Assembly (NCBI GenBank): GCA_963662315.1
Contig: OY759353.1
Location: 2,496,001 to 2,560,000, forward strand
Direction of reading: 5' to 3'
DNA: 64,000 nt
Source: Geopsychrobacteraceae bacterium
GTDB lineage: Bacteria; Desulfobacterota; Desulfuromonadia; Desulfuromonadales; Geopsychrobacteraceae
Position numbers and translations under genes: made by a program. Under the pieces are notes generated by a model that did not search any database, was not told where the DNA came from, and was given only the letters and a program-made list of their open reading frames with translations. Positions 1-10,538 of the stretch are shown one piece after another. Each line of letters starts with the position of its first letter. The first letter of the stretch is position 1.

Positions 1-70
1 CAGCCCAACACGCACTCTCAGCTCCGCCGAGAGTGTAGATTAGAGATTTCAGATTTGAAATAAGCGCTTT

Positions 71-1327
71 TCATTGCCGTACCTGCCCATCGCCCAACAC
101 CACAAATTTCCGTGTCGTCAGATCCTCCAAACCCATGGGCCCGAAAGAATGTAACTTGGTCGTGGAGATACCGATTTCAGCACCTAAACCCAGCTGATTG
201 CCATCGGAAAAACGTGACGAGGCATTGACCATCACCACGCTTGAATTGATTTCACGCACAAACCGTTGCGACAAAGCATAGTCATTCGTTACGATCACTT
301 CAGTATGCAATGATCCGTAGAGTTGAATATGCTCTTTAGCCTCCGCATAGCCATCAACAATCCGCACCGCCAGAATCAGATCCAGATATTCCGCTCCCCA
401 GTCGTCCTCGGTCGCTGCGACCATATCGGGCAGTATGGCGCGGCACTTTGCACAGCCCCTTAATTCCACTCCTGCACTACGCATTACCGTGGCAATCTGG
501 GGTAGAAAGACAGAGGCAACGTCTTGGTGAATCAACAGCGTCTCCATGGCATTACACACCCCTGGCCGCTGCACCTTGGCGTTCATACAGATTTTCTCAG
601 CCATATTCAGGTCAGCGGCTGCATCGACATAGGTATGGCAGACACCTTTATAATGCTTGATCACAGGAATGCGGGAATGTTCTGAAACAAAGCGGATCAG
701 CCCTTCCCCCCCGCGCGGAATAATCAGATCAATATAGTCCTCGAGTTTAAGCAACTCAGTCACTGCGGTCCGATCACTGGTTGCAACCACCTGCAAGGCT
801 GCCGCAGGAAGCCCCAGCTCGCTCATGGTCTGCTGCAGAATCTCACCGATGGCTCGGTTGGAATGCAAAGCTTCCGATCCACCCCGCAAAATTACTGCAT
901 TACCACTCTTCAGACATAAACCGGCAGCATCAGCCGTTACATTGGGGCGCGACTCGTAAATAATTCCGATAACCCCCAACGGAATCCGCTGGCGACCAAC
1001 CTTGATCCCATTAGGGCGTAACCACATGCCGGTTACTTCTCCAACCGGATCGGGCAGAGCGGCAACTTCACGCAGCCCATCAGCCATACCCTTAATCCGC
1101 TCGGAATCCAGGGTCAGACGATCGACCATCGCAGGAGCCATACCATTGGCACGGGCGCGCTCAAGATCCTTCTGGTTTTCCCGCTGAAGTTTGCTCTCCG
1201 CAGCGACAAGAGCATCAGCCATGGCGATCAAGAGGTGATCCTTCACTCCCGAAGACAGATTTGCCATCACTCGGGCAGCCTGTTGCGCGGCCTGGGCACA
1301 AGCCAGCATTTCTTCATGCATCCCCAT
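71..1327 (-). CDS. proA: Gamma-glutamyl phosphate reductase (glutamate-5-semialdehyde dehydrogenase)
   Basis: Motifs [18 protein letters not shown] and [19 protein letters not shown]; directly downstream of proB. Confidence 0.97.
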   Translation of the reverse strand: MGMHEEMLACAQAAQQAARVMANLSSGVKDHLLIAMADALVAAESKLQRENQKDLERARANGMAPAMVDRLTLDSERIKGMADGLREVAALPDPVGEVTGMWLRPNGIKVGRQRIPLGVIGIIYESRPNVTADAAGLCLKSGNAVILRGGSEALHSNRAIGEILQQTMSELGLPAAALQVVATSDRTAVTELLKLEDYIDLIIPRGGEGLIRFVSEHSRIPVIKHYKGVCHTYVDAAADLNMAEKICMNAKVQRPGVCNAMETLLIHQDVASVFLPQIATVMRSAGVELRGCAKCRAILPDMVAATEDDWGAEYLDLILAVRIVDGYAEAKEHIQLYGSLHTEVIVTNDYALSQRFVREINSSVVMVNASSRFSDGNQLGLGAEIGISTTKLHSFGPMGLEDLTTRKFVVLGDGQVRQ

Positions 1328-2502
1328 CAGTCAACCTCCTCTTCTTCTACGGTCAAAACCAGTTCATCGCGACCGATAACCTCATCACGGTATTTATACC
1401 CAAGAATTGTTTCGATTTCATGACACTGCTTACCCATGATCTGCAGAACTTCTGTCAGAGAATAACTGATCACACCCCGTGCAAACTCTTTCCCGTCCCG
1501 GTCGCACAGCCGTACGGCATCACCTCGCTCAAAGCCACCGTCGACCCCGCAGATTCCTGAAGGCAATAAACTTTTTCCACCCTTCAGCACGGCGCGCTGG
1601 CCACCTTCATCAATCAGCAACTTGCCACGCGGCTTTTTAGAGAACGCGATCCAGTGTTTTTTAGCGGTCAGCTTGGACTGCGCCGGCAGAATATAGGTAC
1701 CCAGATCTTCCCCGTCAAAAACCCGTGCCAGCACATGCTTGCTGCGGCCGTTGACAATCAGGGTTCCAACCCCGCTTAAAGCCGCTTTTTTGGCGGCCTT
1801 CAACTTGGTACTCATACCACCGGTACCGAGATTGCCGCTCGAACCACCGCCCAGAGCCTCAATAGCCGGAGTAATCCGCTCCACCACCGGGATCAGCTCA
1901 GCCTCGGGATTTTCATGGGGGTCCTGATTATACAAACCATCGACATCCGACAGAATAATAAGCAGATCTGCTTCCACCAGATTGGTCACCAGCGCCGACA
2001 GATTATCATTATCACCAAAACGGATTTCCTCAACAACGACAGTATCATTCTCATTGACAATCGGTGTAACGCCGTACTCAAGCAGTGTCATAACCGTATT
2101 ACGCGCATTCAGATAACGGCGCCGGTTGGAAAGATCATCACGAGTCAGCAAAACCTGGGCAACATTATAATTATGAGAGTGAAAGGTCTCGCGATAGCCA
2201 CGGATTATTTTTGTCTGACCGATGGCCGCTGCAGCCTGCTTCTGAGGAATGGTCTGAGGCCTGCCACTGATGCCAAGCTCGCCTTTCCCGGCAGCAACAG
2301 CTCCAGAAGACACCACAACAACCTCAAGCCCGCGATCAAGCAGGTGGCAAATATCCGCGGATAAGGCATCAATCCGGTCATTTTCCAAACCAGCCGCATT
2401 AGAGATAACACCACTGCCAATCTTGACAACGACCCTTTTCACATGTGACAGCAAAGCCCGGCGCATTAACCCCTGAGAGGCAAAATCATAAGGTAGAGTC
2501 AT
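1327..2502 (-). CDS. proB: Glutamate 5-kinase with C-terminal PUA domain
   Basis: VVVKIGS, NENDTV and FGDNDNLSA motifs, GTGGMSTK; the true start could be the later Met (MRRALL). Confidence 0.97.
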   Translation of the reverse strand: MTLPYDFASQGLMRRALLSHVKRVVVKIGSGVISNAAGLENDRIDALSADICHLLDRGLEVVVVSSGAVAAGKGELGISGRPQTIPQKQAAAAIGQTKIIRGYRETFHSHNYNVAQVLLTRDDLSNRRRYLNARNTVMTLLEYGVTPIVNENDTVVVEEIRFGDNDNLSALVTNLVEADLLIILSDVDGLYNQDPHENPEAELIPVVERITPAIEALGGGSSGNLGTGGMSTKLKAAKKAALSGVGTLIVNGRSKHVLARVFDGEDLGTYILPAQSKLTAKKHWIAFSKKPRGKLLIDEGGQRAVLKGGKSLLPSGICGVDGGFERGDAVRLCDRDGKEFARGVISYSLTEVLQIMGKQCHEIETILGYKYRDEVIGRDELVLTVEEEEVD

Positions 2503-2505
2503 AAA

Positions 2506-3525
2506 TTATTCCGCATCAGCATCACGGAGTCGGTCAAGACGCCGGCCAACCTCATGTACCAGTTCCTTCAGCCCTTCACCGGTCGCTGCCGAAATTTCAC
2601 AGACCGTGAAGCCCTGATCAGTAAATTTACTTTTTATCTCCCGAGCGGCTTCTCGCACTTCAGGAATATCAATTTTGGTCAGAACCACCAGTTGAGGCTT
2701 AGCCGCCAGATCAGCATCATACTGTTGTAATTCCTGATTGATCATCAAGAAATTTTCAAAGGGATCCCCTTTTTGCAGATAGGATAAATCCACCAGATGC
2801 AAAAACAGGTCAGTCCGCTCTACGTGGCGCAGAAACCGGGTTCCCAGCCCCTGACCGTCACTGGCTCCCGATATAAGACCTGGGATATCGGCAAACACCA
2901 TGGTTTTAAAACTGCCATAGCGCACCACCCCCAGGTTCGGGACCAGCGTCGTAAAAGGATAATCAGCGATCTTCGGTTTGGCCGCTGAAACTGCTGAAAT
3001 CAGGGTCGACTTGCCGGCATTAGGCAGACCAACCAAGCCGACATCGGCCAGTAGCTTCAGCTCCAGACGTAAGGTTTTCTCGGCACCGGCAATCCCGGGC
3101 TGAGCATAACGCGGAGCCCGGTTGGTGCTGGTTGTGAAGCGGGCATTGCCGCGCCCCCCCTGGCCACCCTCAAGGAACAGTAAAGGCTCACCAGCTTCCG
3201 TCAGATCGGCCAGCAGCTCATCGGTTTCATCATCATAAACCAGAGTTCCGGCCGGCACCCGCAATTCCAGCGACTCCCCCCCCTTGCCATGCATATTTTT
3301 TCCCATACCGGGAGCACCATTACCTGCTTTAAGGTGGTGCATATAACGATAGTCAAGCAGCGTTGACAGGGCTTCATCAACAACAAAGTAGACATTCCCC
3401 CCCTTGCCGCCGTCACCCCCGTCAGGGCCACCTTTGGGAACAAACTTTTCGCGCCGGAAAGACACACAGCCACGGCCGCCATCCCCCGCTTTTACCTCAA
3501 TTTTGACCTGATCAACGAACTTCAT
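2506..3525 (-). CDS. obgE: GTPase Obg/CgtA
   Basis: MKFVDQVKI...GDGGRGCVSFRREKFVPKGGPDGGDGG N-terminus; G1 GLPNAGKS, YPFTT, DIPG, TKID. Confidence 0.98.
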   Translation of the reverse strand: MKFVDQVKIEVKAGDGGRGCVSFRREKFVPKGGPDGGDGGKGGNVYFVVDEALSTLLDYRYMHHLKAGNGAPGMGKNMHGKGGESLELRVPAGTLVYDDETDELLADLTEAGEPLLFLEGGQGGRGNARFTTSTNRAPRYAQPGIAGAEKTLRLELKLLADVGLVGLPNAGKSTLISAVSAAKPKIADYPFTTLVPNLGVVRYGSFKTMVFADIPGLISGASDGQGLGTRFLRHVERTDLFLHLVDLSYLQKGDPFENFLMINQELQQYDADLAAKPQLVVLTKIDIPEVREAAREIKSKFTDQGFTVCEISAATGEGLKELVHEVGRRLDRLRDADAE

Positions 3526-3720
3526 TGTTTTTCTTTCAATCTGGTTAAAGATGACGATATCGAGTCATACAGACTCCGATCATCTGAGCCTAACCTGAAC
3601 CGTCTGTATTTTTCAATCAGATGCGGTGAAAATTAAATCTGGACGACCTGTTTACTCCAGTAATGCTCGCGGACGGGCTAAGAACTTCTCCTCTTGAGCA
3701 AACAGCATAACCACAAAAGT

Positions 3721-3758
3721 AAAAACCCGGTCACTGAATTTTCAGCACCGGGCTTTTA
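3721..3758 (-). terminator. Probable intrinsic terminator after rpmA
   Basis: Imperfect cccggt..ctga/tcag..accggg hairpin with A-tract on + (U-tract on -). Confidence 0.55.
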
Positions 3759-3781
3759 TGAATGTTACGGACAACAGAAAA

Positions 3782-4036
3782 TCAGGCAGCGTAAACACTG
3801 ATTTGCTTGCGTCCCTTAGCCTTGGTTTCAAACTTGACAACACCATCGACTAATGCAAACAAAGTGTAATCTTTTCCACAACCAACATTGTTGCCTGGAT
3901 GAAAAGTGGTACCACGCTGACGGACCAAGATGGATCCGGCAGTCACTTCCTGACCACCAAACCGCTTAACTCCGAGGCGCTTACCAACGCTGTCACGTCC
4001 GTTCCTGGAACTACCGGCAGCTTTCTTATGAGCCAT
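3782..4036 (-). CDS. rpmA: 50S ribosomal protein L27
   Basis: [16 protein letters not shown]...RLGVK...RQRGT signature. Confidence 0.99.
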   Translation of the reverse strand: MAHKKAAGSSRNGRDSVGKRLGVKRFGGQEVTAGSILVRQRGTTFHPGNNVGCGKDYTLFALVDGVVKFETKAKGRKQISVYAA

Positions 4037-4047
4037 GAGTCGCCTCC

Positions 4048-4356
4048 TTAAGCTTCAATTGCCGCGACTTTGAGTCGGGTAATAGGTTGACGGTGGCCGT
4101 TTTTTTTACGATTACCTGAACGCCGCTTGGATTTGAAGACGAGAATTTTCTTGTCTTTTTCCTGAGCAACGATCTGTGCTTTAACCTTAGCACCTGGTAC
4201 GAGAGGTGTTCCGATTTTAACCTCTGCGCCACCGACCATGAGGACTTGATCGAGCTCGACAGTGTCACCCACTGCTCCGTCGATCATTTCGACCTTAAAC
4301 AGGTCGCCTTCGGAAACTTTATACTGTTTTCCTCCGGTCTTGATCACCGCATACAT
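4048..4356 (-). CDS. rplU: 50S ribosomal protein L21
   Basis: [14 protein letters not shown]...GHRQPIT signature. Confidence 0.99.
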   Translation of the reverse strand: MYAVIKTGGKQYKVSEGDLFKVEMIDGAVGDTVELDQVLMVGGAEVKIGTPLVPGAKVKAQIVAQEKDKKILVFKSKRRSGNRKKNGHRQPITRLKVAAIEA

Positions 4357-4416
4357 CGTTTCTATCTCCTATCAAAATAGTTCTTCAGCAACGCAGACAT
4401 TGCGTTGCAAACGCGC

Positions 4417-4445
4417 ACTGTATCTGGATCTCTTTTCACTGTCAA
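4417..4445 (-). promoter_or_regulatory. Sigma70 promoter of rplU-rpmA
   Basis: Minus strand TTGACA-N17-TACAGT followed by GC-rich GCGCG discriminator. Confidence 0.75.
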
Positions 4446-4466
4446 GCGATTTTCCTGAACTGCTTG

Positions 4467-5408
4467 TCAGCGCTGCAAGCGGCCGAGTAACTTCTGAAAA
4501 TGATCCGCAGCCTGTTCATCCTTTTTAGCTTTAATCTGCATGCGTCGCACCGCCGAACTTAAAGAGGAAATATCGCGCCCCAGGCGCAGACTCAAATTGG
4601 TCAGAGTATCACACCCCGTATACTGATAAAGCCAGGCCAGATAGGCCCGCGCCTGCGCACAATCTCTGCGCTTTCCAGGCGCGACCAGTTCGTCCTCAGT
4701 CAGCCTAAAACGTTCCAGAACCTCCCTGAAAACCCGTTCTGCGCCAATTTTGGGCTGGTACTTCTGACGCGACAACTTCAGGGCAAGACGAACATATTCC
4801 TTATTTCCAAGTATCCTTGGATCATCAGTGCCGCCACAGAAACAATCGACCCCGTCGCCAGTCATGGCTCCTTCATTGACATAGGAATGAAACTTCATCA
4901 GGGTGCGAATCCCACTTTCACCAATATGCGCCAACACGACATCACGATAGAGCCAGACGACCTGTTCGCGGCCACAATAGGCACGATGACTGGTCCAGGG
5001 ATAGCGCATTGGATCGCCACCGGTGCCACGCTCTACCGGAGCCAGATGCAGCGACCTGACCAATGGCAACAGATATGTCTCGCAATCGATCAGAATCGCT
5101 TTATAACGGCCCTGAAAAAGGTGTCCATGCTGCTGGTGCCGCGAATTGAACCAACTGGTGTAACGAAATCCCAACTGCTGCATGATCTTGGAAAGCGGTT
5201 CTTTATCAACCTCAACCACCAGGCGGACTGCGTTCTCCATGAGACAATAGGCGTGGATTTTGTGGTCGAACTTCTCACACCCTTCCTGCAGCAACAGAAG
5301 CAATCTGGTCGCATCAACATCGTCAGTAATAATTTTGCGCTCTCCGTTACTCTGTAAAAAAACATGATATACAGCTCCAGGAAAATGTAGGCGAGGTTTC
5401 CGTGCCAT
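4467..5408 (-). CDS. Y1/RAYT-like (IS200-fold) transposase homologue with C-terminal DnaA domain IV-like HTH; catalytic residues absent
   Basis: MARKPRLHFPGAVYHV, HAYCLMEN, GHLFQGRYKAIL and YPWTSHRAY are typical of RAYT-like proteins; start set at ATG 5408 with AGGAG 5 nt upstream. Confidence 0.85.
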   Translation of the reverse strand: MARKPRLHFPGAVYHVFLQSNGERKIITDDVDATRLLLLLQEGCEKFDHKIHAYCLMENAVRLVVEVDKEPLSKIMQQLGFRYTSWFNSRHQQHGHLFQGRYKAILIDCETYLLPLVRSLHLAPVERGTGGDPMRYPWTSHRAYCGREQVVWLYRDVVLAHIGESGIRTLMKFHSYVNEGAMTGDGVDCFCGGTDDPRILGNKEYVRLALKLSRQKYQPKIGAERVFREVLERFRLTEDELVAPGKRRDCAQARAYLAWLYQYTGCDTLTNLSLRLGRDISSLSSAVRRMQIKAKKDEQAADHFQKLLGRLQR

Positions 5409-5463
5409 TGCGTCTCCTATCCTTCCGATATAAGAATAACAAGCCTGCCCCCTCTTATAGGCG

Positions 5464-5491
5464 ATGCTAGCAGAGCTTTTCCATATTGCAA
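5464..5491 (-). promoter_or_regulatory. Candidate sigma70 promoter of the RAYT-like gene
   Basis: Minus strand TTGCAA-N16-TAGCAT with TGn extended -10. Confidence 0.45.
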
Positions 5492-5546
5492 TCCCCAAAG
5501 CAAAAGAATCACGCGAGACCACAAAAAATTGCCATCACCACCAAAC

Positions 5547-5579
5547 AAAAAAAAGGACGACAGTAGCCGTCCTTTTTTA
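5547..5579. terminator. Intrinsic terminator after the RNase E/G gene (bidirectional form)
   Basis: A-tract, aaaggacg-loop-cgtccttt stem, T-tract. Confidence 0.8.
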
Positions 5580-5609
5580 TAATTAAAAAGATAAAACACC
5601 CTCGGCTGC

Positions 5610-7115
5610 TCAGCCAACAGCGATCTCAAACTGTTCAATATGAAACCCCGGCCGCGAATTGATGGTTACCGAACGGCCATAAGTCTTTTCTACCTCATCC
5701 AGCCCGTGGCGCTCTTCATCGAGCAAAAGACCGGCTATTTCCGGATGAGCCAGCAAGGTCACATGGCCGGCCGGTAGATCGGCCATCTCCCGGTGCAACT
5801 CCCGCAGGATTTCGTAAATAACGGTCAACTTGCCTTTAACGTACCCCTTCCCCTCACAGTAGGGGCACGGCTCACACAGGGTGCGGCCGATACTTTCGCG
5901 CACCCGTTTGCGGGTCATTTCTACCAGACCAAGTTCGGATATTTTCAGGATATTGGTCTTGTTTTTGTCATTCTTGAGCGCTTCTTCAAGGGCCGCATGA
6001 ACTTTTTCGCGATGAGCTTCTTTCTCCATATCGATAAAATCGATAATAATCAGCCCACCGATATTGCGCAAACGCAACTGAAAAGCGATCTCTTTGACCG
6101 CTTCAAGATTGGTTTTAAGAATCGTATCTTCAAGATTATGCTTGCCGACATAGCGCCCGGTATTGACATCGATCGCCGTCAGCGCCTCGGTCTGCTCGAT
6201 TATAATGGACCCGCCACTCTTCAGCCAGACCTTACGCCCCAGAGCCCGGGAGATTTCAACCTCAAGACCATAGGCATCGAAAATCGGTTCTTCGCCATGG
6301 TAGAGATCGATGGCGTAATTAAGGCGCGGCATGAAGGTTCTGAGAAAACGTACAATCTTGTTGTATTCTTCAACATTATCAACCACGATCTTGCTGACAT
6401 CCTCGGTCAGAATATCGCGCAGCACCTTGCTGGTCACATCCAGATCTGAATGGATCAGGGCCGGAGCCTTAACCTGATCAAGGCCACGACTCAGATTGTC
6501 CCACAGCCCAACCAGAAATTCCATATCGTGACGTAAGTCTTCCTTACTCTTTCCTTCCGAAACGGTCCGCACAATAAAACCGGTTTCCGGCTCACGGATT
6601 TCTTCAACAATCTGCCGCAGGCGCTCGCGCTCTTCTTCGGTTTCAATACGCCGCGAGATCCCGACATGATCGACCGTCGGCATATAGACAAGATGACGCC
6701 CCGGCAGTGAGATATGTGACGTGATGCGTGCCCCCTTGGTGCCGATCGGTTCTTTGGAAATCTGCACCAGCAGTTCCTGCCCTTCTTTCAACAGATCTTC
6801 GATCGGTGGCAGATGCGGTGGTTCCGGCTCAGCAGCTGGATCAAGCAGCTGCTCTTCGCCATCGATATGGCGTTCAAACTGCTCCATTTCATCGAGAACG
6901 TCTGCGACATACAGAAACGCCGCTTTTTCCAGTCCGATGTCAACAAATGCGGCCTGCATTCCCGGCAAAACCCGTATAACTTTCCCTTTATAGATATTAC
7001 CAACGATCCCCCGCTCGCGATCGCGCTCAATATAGAGCTCTGCGATATGGCCGCCTTCCAGCAAGGCCACACGAGTCTCATGGGAGGTGGTACTGATGAC
7101 CAGCTCCTTTGCCAT
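5610..7115 (-). CDS. rng: Ribonuclease G (Rne/Rng family)
   Basis: GNIYKGKVIRVLPGMQAAFVDIG S1 region, AIDVNTG, IIIDFIDM, CPYCEGKG; start MAKELVIS with AGGAG upstream. Confidence 0.95.
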   Translation of the reverse strand: MAKELVISTTSHETRVALLEGGHIAELYIERDRERGIVGNIYKGKVIRVLPGMQAAFVDIGLEKAAFLYVADVLDEMEQFERHIDGEEQLLDPAAEPEPPHLPPIEDLLKEGQELLVQISKEPIGTKGARITSHISLPGRHLVYMPTVDHVGISRRIETEEERERLRQIVEEIREPETGFIVRTVSEGKSKEDLRHDMEFLVGLWDNLSRGLDQVKAPALIHSDLDVTSKVLRDILTEDVSKIVVDNVEEYNKIVRFLRTFMPRLNYAIDLYHGEEPIFDAYGLEVEISRALGRKVWLKSGGSIIIEQTEALTAIDVNTGRYVGKHNLEDTILKTNLEAVKEIAFQLRLRNIGGLIIIDFIDMEKEAHREKVHAALEEALKNDKNKTNILKISELGLVEMTRKRVRESIGRTLCEPCPYCEGKGYVKGKLTVIYEILRELHREMADLPAGHVTLLAHPEIAGLLLDEERHGLDEVEKTYGRSVTINSRPGFHIEQFEIAVG

Positions 7116-7367
7116 AAACCTGCTCCTGTTACATCTATAATTTAAATAATGAGAAATTTTTCTTTGATGGCGAGAAGCATCACTCCTTGCCATTGACTAC
7201 GGCACATAAGCCCGGCAACGGCGACGACAGAAACAAAACCTGCCATTGTCCCCCCCCCTGTCACTGGCGCTTATGCCAACAGCCGGAAGAGCCTAAGAAA
7301 CACATAATGAAAACACATTGTACTTTCCGGCTGGCAATTTGCCAACCGAAATAGTATTCAGCAGTCG

Positions 7368-9872
7368 TCAGAGGACAATACCCGTTTTGCGTACATTCAT
7401 TCTACGCACCGTTTCAACATCAGTCTCCAGAAGATAGGCAGCGATCAGCAATGGACTCCCCTTGACCAACTCCAGAAGCAGCTCCCCATCCTCAAGCTGC
7501 ATACTGAGAACATCTGAGCGCAGATCGATCTTTTCTTCCTTATTTTTTTTCTTCCTGGTCGTCAGCACCTCAGATGCGCCCATAAAAGCCGCCATGCGCT
7601 CTGGTAATGGACCCGTAGCAACGCCATCCACAGAAATCCGATAATAACTGGCCTTGACCGCCGCCGAGGGAGAAGGGGATTTCCAGGGAATTTGTTCAGC
7701 ACTAAGCACTTTAAAACCTTCGGGCAGCTGCTCATTAAGAGCAGTAACCAGAGTGCCGAGAGCGACAGGATAATGCAGCTCCATATCAATCAACTCAGCT
7801 TCACTGGCCACCCCCATCGGCAATGCTTCAAGAAATGAGATCTTAGGTACGGGATGAAAGCCCTGGGAAAAACGCACCGGCAGATCCGCCCTGCGCACGG
7901 CCCGATGGAACATTTTCAGATATTCCAAGTGAGCAACCATACGACCGCGCCCCAGCTTGCTGACCACCAGACGCACCCGGGTCAACTCTTGCGCTTTAGC
8001 AATTCCATCGTTTTGAGCTGGGAGAGTTGGTGCCTTGAGATCACAGGATGTGACCGTCCTCACCTTCAGCTTATCGAAGTCACAGACACCGCAACCATGA
8101 CACTGTCCACCCCGACAATCAATAGTGGCCGCTTCGGCAAGTGCCTTGCGCCATTCAGAGCGGAAGAAATCTTTCGGCAGACCACAATCGATATGATCCC
8201 AGGGCAGAATCTCCTCGACATCACGCTCCCTGAGATACCACACAGGGTCGATACCGCAGTCGGAAAAAGCCTGTTGCCAGAGGGCGAAATTGAAATGCTC
8301 ACGCCAGCCATCAAAGCGGCAGCCCAAAGCCACTGCGCGCTTAAGAACTGCCCCCAGGCGACGGTCCCCGCGGGCAAAGACACCTTCCATAAAGGACTGT
8401 TCAGCCTCATGATATTTAAAGCGCAGCTTCTTTTTGCGCAATCCATCACGCAACAGAAGCTGACGCCGATGGGTTTCTTCCATTGAAATCTGGGCCTGCC
8501 ACTGAAATGGCGTATGGGGCTTGGGTACGAAGGTCGAGACAGCAACATTGACATCATTGCCACCAGTCCCTCTGCCGCTGTACTTTACCTTGGAAGCAAG
8601 GTCGATAATCGCCTCAAGATCAGCATCCTCTTCGGTCGGTAACCCCATCATAAAGTAGAGCTTAATCAGGCGCCAGCCGAGCCGATACGCATTGCCGGTT
8701 GTTTCCAGCAAGTCCTCGGCACTAATCCCTTTATTTATGACCTTGCGCAGCCGTTCACTCCCCGCTTCGGGTGCCAGAGTAAAACCGGTTTTGCGCACCT
8801 TTTTAACCTCTTCCATCAATTCGGGCGTCAGAGAACCGACCCGCAGACTCGGCAACGATACCGCAACCCGATCATCGGCGTGCTCAGTCATCAATTCTTT
8901 CAGCAACGGCTCAATACAGGTGTAATCACCGGTCGACAAAGAGAGCAGTGAAACCTCCTCAAAACCCGAGTTGGTCAAAGCAGCATTAACAAGCGAACGA
9001 ATCGTCTCTGGTGACCGCTCCCGCACCGGACGGTAAACATATCCCGCCTGACAGAAACGACAGCCACGCGTACAACCCCGGGCAATTTCCATCGCCACCC
9101 GGTTATGCACCGTATCCATAAACGGAATCAAAGGTCGGGTCGGAAACGGAGCGCTTTCCAGATCCTCCAGGAAACGCCGTCTCACTGTCCGGCGCTCACC
9201 ATGACAGGGCTCAATCTTTGCAACCCGACCGTCAGCGGAGTAACTGACAGAAAAAAAGGAAGGGACATAAAACCCTTCACAGGCAGCCAAAGCCTCCAGC
9301 AACTGCAGCTTAGCCCACCCCTCCCGCTTTGCCTGCGAACACAGGGACACCAGTTCGACAACCGCCTCTTCTCCATCGCCGATCAAAGCAACATCAATAA
9401 AATCACTTAAGGGTTCAGGATTATAGGCACAGGGCCCACCGACAACGACCAGAGGGTGATCCTCACTACGTTCCGCACGCAGCAACGGGATGCCGCCAAG
9501 CTCCATCATCATCAGCAGGTTGGTGTAACTCAATTCGTACTGCAAGGTAAATCCGACAATATCAAAGGTGCCCAGAGGCCGGGTTGTTTCTAGTGAGCAC
9601 AGCAGTTGACCATCATTGCGCAAACGCTCTTCCATGTCGGGCCAGGGAGCATAAACCCGCTCCGCCGCAACGCGCTGGAGTCCATTCAAAATATTGTACA
9701 ATATCGGAAACCCGATATGACTCATGCCAACTTCGTAAACATCCGGAAACGCCAACGCCATCCGGATATCAACGGCCCCATCCGGCTTGACAATACTCCC
9801 CAACTCCCCACCCAGATAACGAGAAGGGCGGCTCACCTGAGTCAGCGCAGACGCATAATATTTTTCTGACAT
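7368..9872 (-). CDS. B12-binding radical SAM protein (TIGR03960-like) fused to a C-terminal TIGR03936-like domain
   Basis: RPSRYLGGE, FPDVYEVGMSH, CTRGCRFC radical SAM motif, FVPKPHTPFQW; C-terminal FSQGFHPVPKISF..ALPMG. Confidence 0.88.
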   Translation of the reverse strand: MSEKYYASALTQVSRPSRYLGGELGSIVKPDGAVDIRMALAFPDVYEVGMSHIGFPILYNILNGLQRVAAERVYAPWPDMEERLRNDGQLLCSLETTRPLGTFDIVGFTLQYELSYTNLLMMMELGGIPLLRAERSEDHPLVVVGGPCAYNPEPLSDFIDVALIGDGEEAVVELVSLCSQAKREGWAKLQLLEALAACEGFYVPSFFSVSYSADGRVAKIEPCHGERRTVRRRFLEDLESAPFPTRPLIPFMDTVHNRVAMEIARGCTRGCRFCQAGYVYRPVRERSPETIRSLVNAALTNSGFEEVSLLSLSTGDYTCIEPLLKELMTEHADDRVAVSLPSLRVGSLTPELMEEVKKVRKTGFTLAPEAGSERLRKVINKGISAEDLLETTGNAYRLGWRLIKLYFMMGLPTEEDADLEAIIDLASKVKYSGRGTGGNDVNVAVSTFVPKPHTPFQWQAQISMEETHRRQLLLRDGLRKKKLRFKYHEAEQSFMEGVFARGDRRLGAVLKRAVALGCRFDGWREHFNFALWQQAFSDCGIDPVWYLRERDVEEILPWDHIDCGLPKDFFRSEWRKALAEAATIDCRGGQCHGCGVCDFDKLKVRTVTSCDLKAPTLPAQNDGIAKAQELTRVRLVVSKLGRGRMVAHLEYLKMFHRAVRRADLPVRFSQGFHPVPKISFLEALPMGVASEAELIDMELHYPVALGTLVTALNEQLPEGFKVLSAEQIPWKSPSPSAAVKASYYRISVDGVATGPLPERMAAFMGASEVLTTRKKKNKEEKIDLRSDVLSMQLEDGELLLELVKGSPLLIAAYLLETDVETVRRMNVRKTGIVL

Positions 9873-10027
9873 AAAAATCCGTATTTTATTTAAGTATGTT
9901 GCTGTAAAAAACAACCATCAAGAAACACAACCAAAGACACGTCCCATAAGCAGACGAAAGGGGCTCAACCTAGCATCGTTAACAGTCTAAAACAAGGATC
10001 ATTATGACATGTTTGCCAATCTGGGCA

Positions 10028-10321
10028 CTACCCCTTGCCACACCATAAATCAGCATCATAAAACTGTTCACGTAATCGTTCTTCAGGGTATTGCTGATAA
10101 AACTGAACTTTTGAAAAATCATACTGGTAATCTTGCAAATATACACTGACAACCTTGTAAGCCTCTGTGATCCGGCGAATATCGTCATTATCCGCCGCAG
10201 CACCATGATCAGGATGATGTAACTTCACCAGAGTCCGATAGCGCTCCTTAACATCCCTGGCCGTCATTTTTTGGGTCAGCCCCAACTCGCGGATCGCCGC
10301 TTCCAGTTCCTGAAATCGCAT
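10028..10321 (-). CDS. Small J-domain (DnaJ-like) protein
   Basis: ELGL...VKERYRTLVKLHHPD...ITEAYKV with the HPD motif. Confidence 0.85.
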   Translation of the reverse strand: MRFQELEAAIRELGLTQKMTARDVKERYRTLVKLHHPDHGAAADNDDIRRITEAYKVVSVYLQDYQYDFSKVQFYQQYPEERLREQFYDADLWCGKG

Positions 10322-10477
10322 AATCACCGCCTAAACAATATTAAAATAAAGGTAAACAACCAATACACTATCACAGTTCGCCAAAATGCAGACACAGCAT
10401 TTGCCCCAGTTATTGCAAAGGCATTAAATATAAACAACGGACAGTAAGCTGCCTGACTTCTTATGCTCTCACTGACA

Positions 10478-10507
10478 TTGACAGCTGAGGAACTTTCAGC
10501 ATAGGAT
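10478..10507 (+). promoter_or_regulatory. Candidate sigma70 promoter of radA
   Basis: TTGACA-N18-TAGGAT; the spacer holds the inverted repeat GCTGA-N7-TCAGC. Confidence 0.5.
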
Positions 10508-10538
10508 ACCGCTTTTCAAGACTCCAGGGGGGTTTAGC

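Noticed and set aside
4467..5522. Active IS200/IS605 element
   Set aside because: HUH and catalytic Tyr are absent, there is no tnpB, and no matching end hairpins are evident
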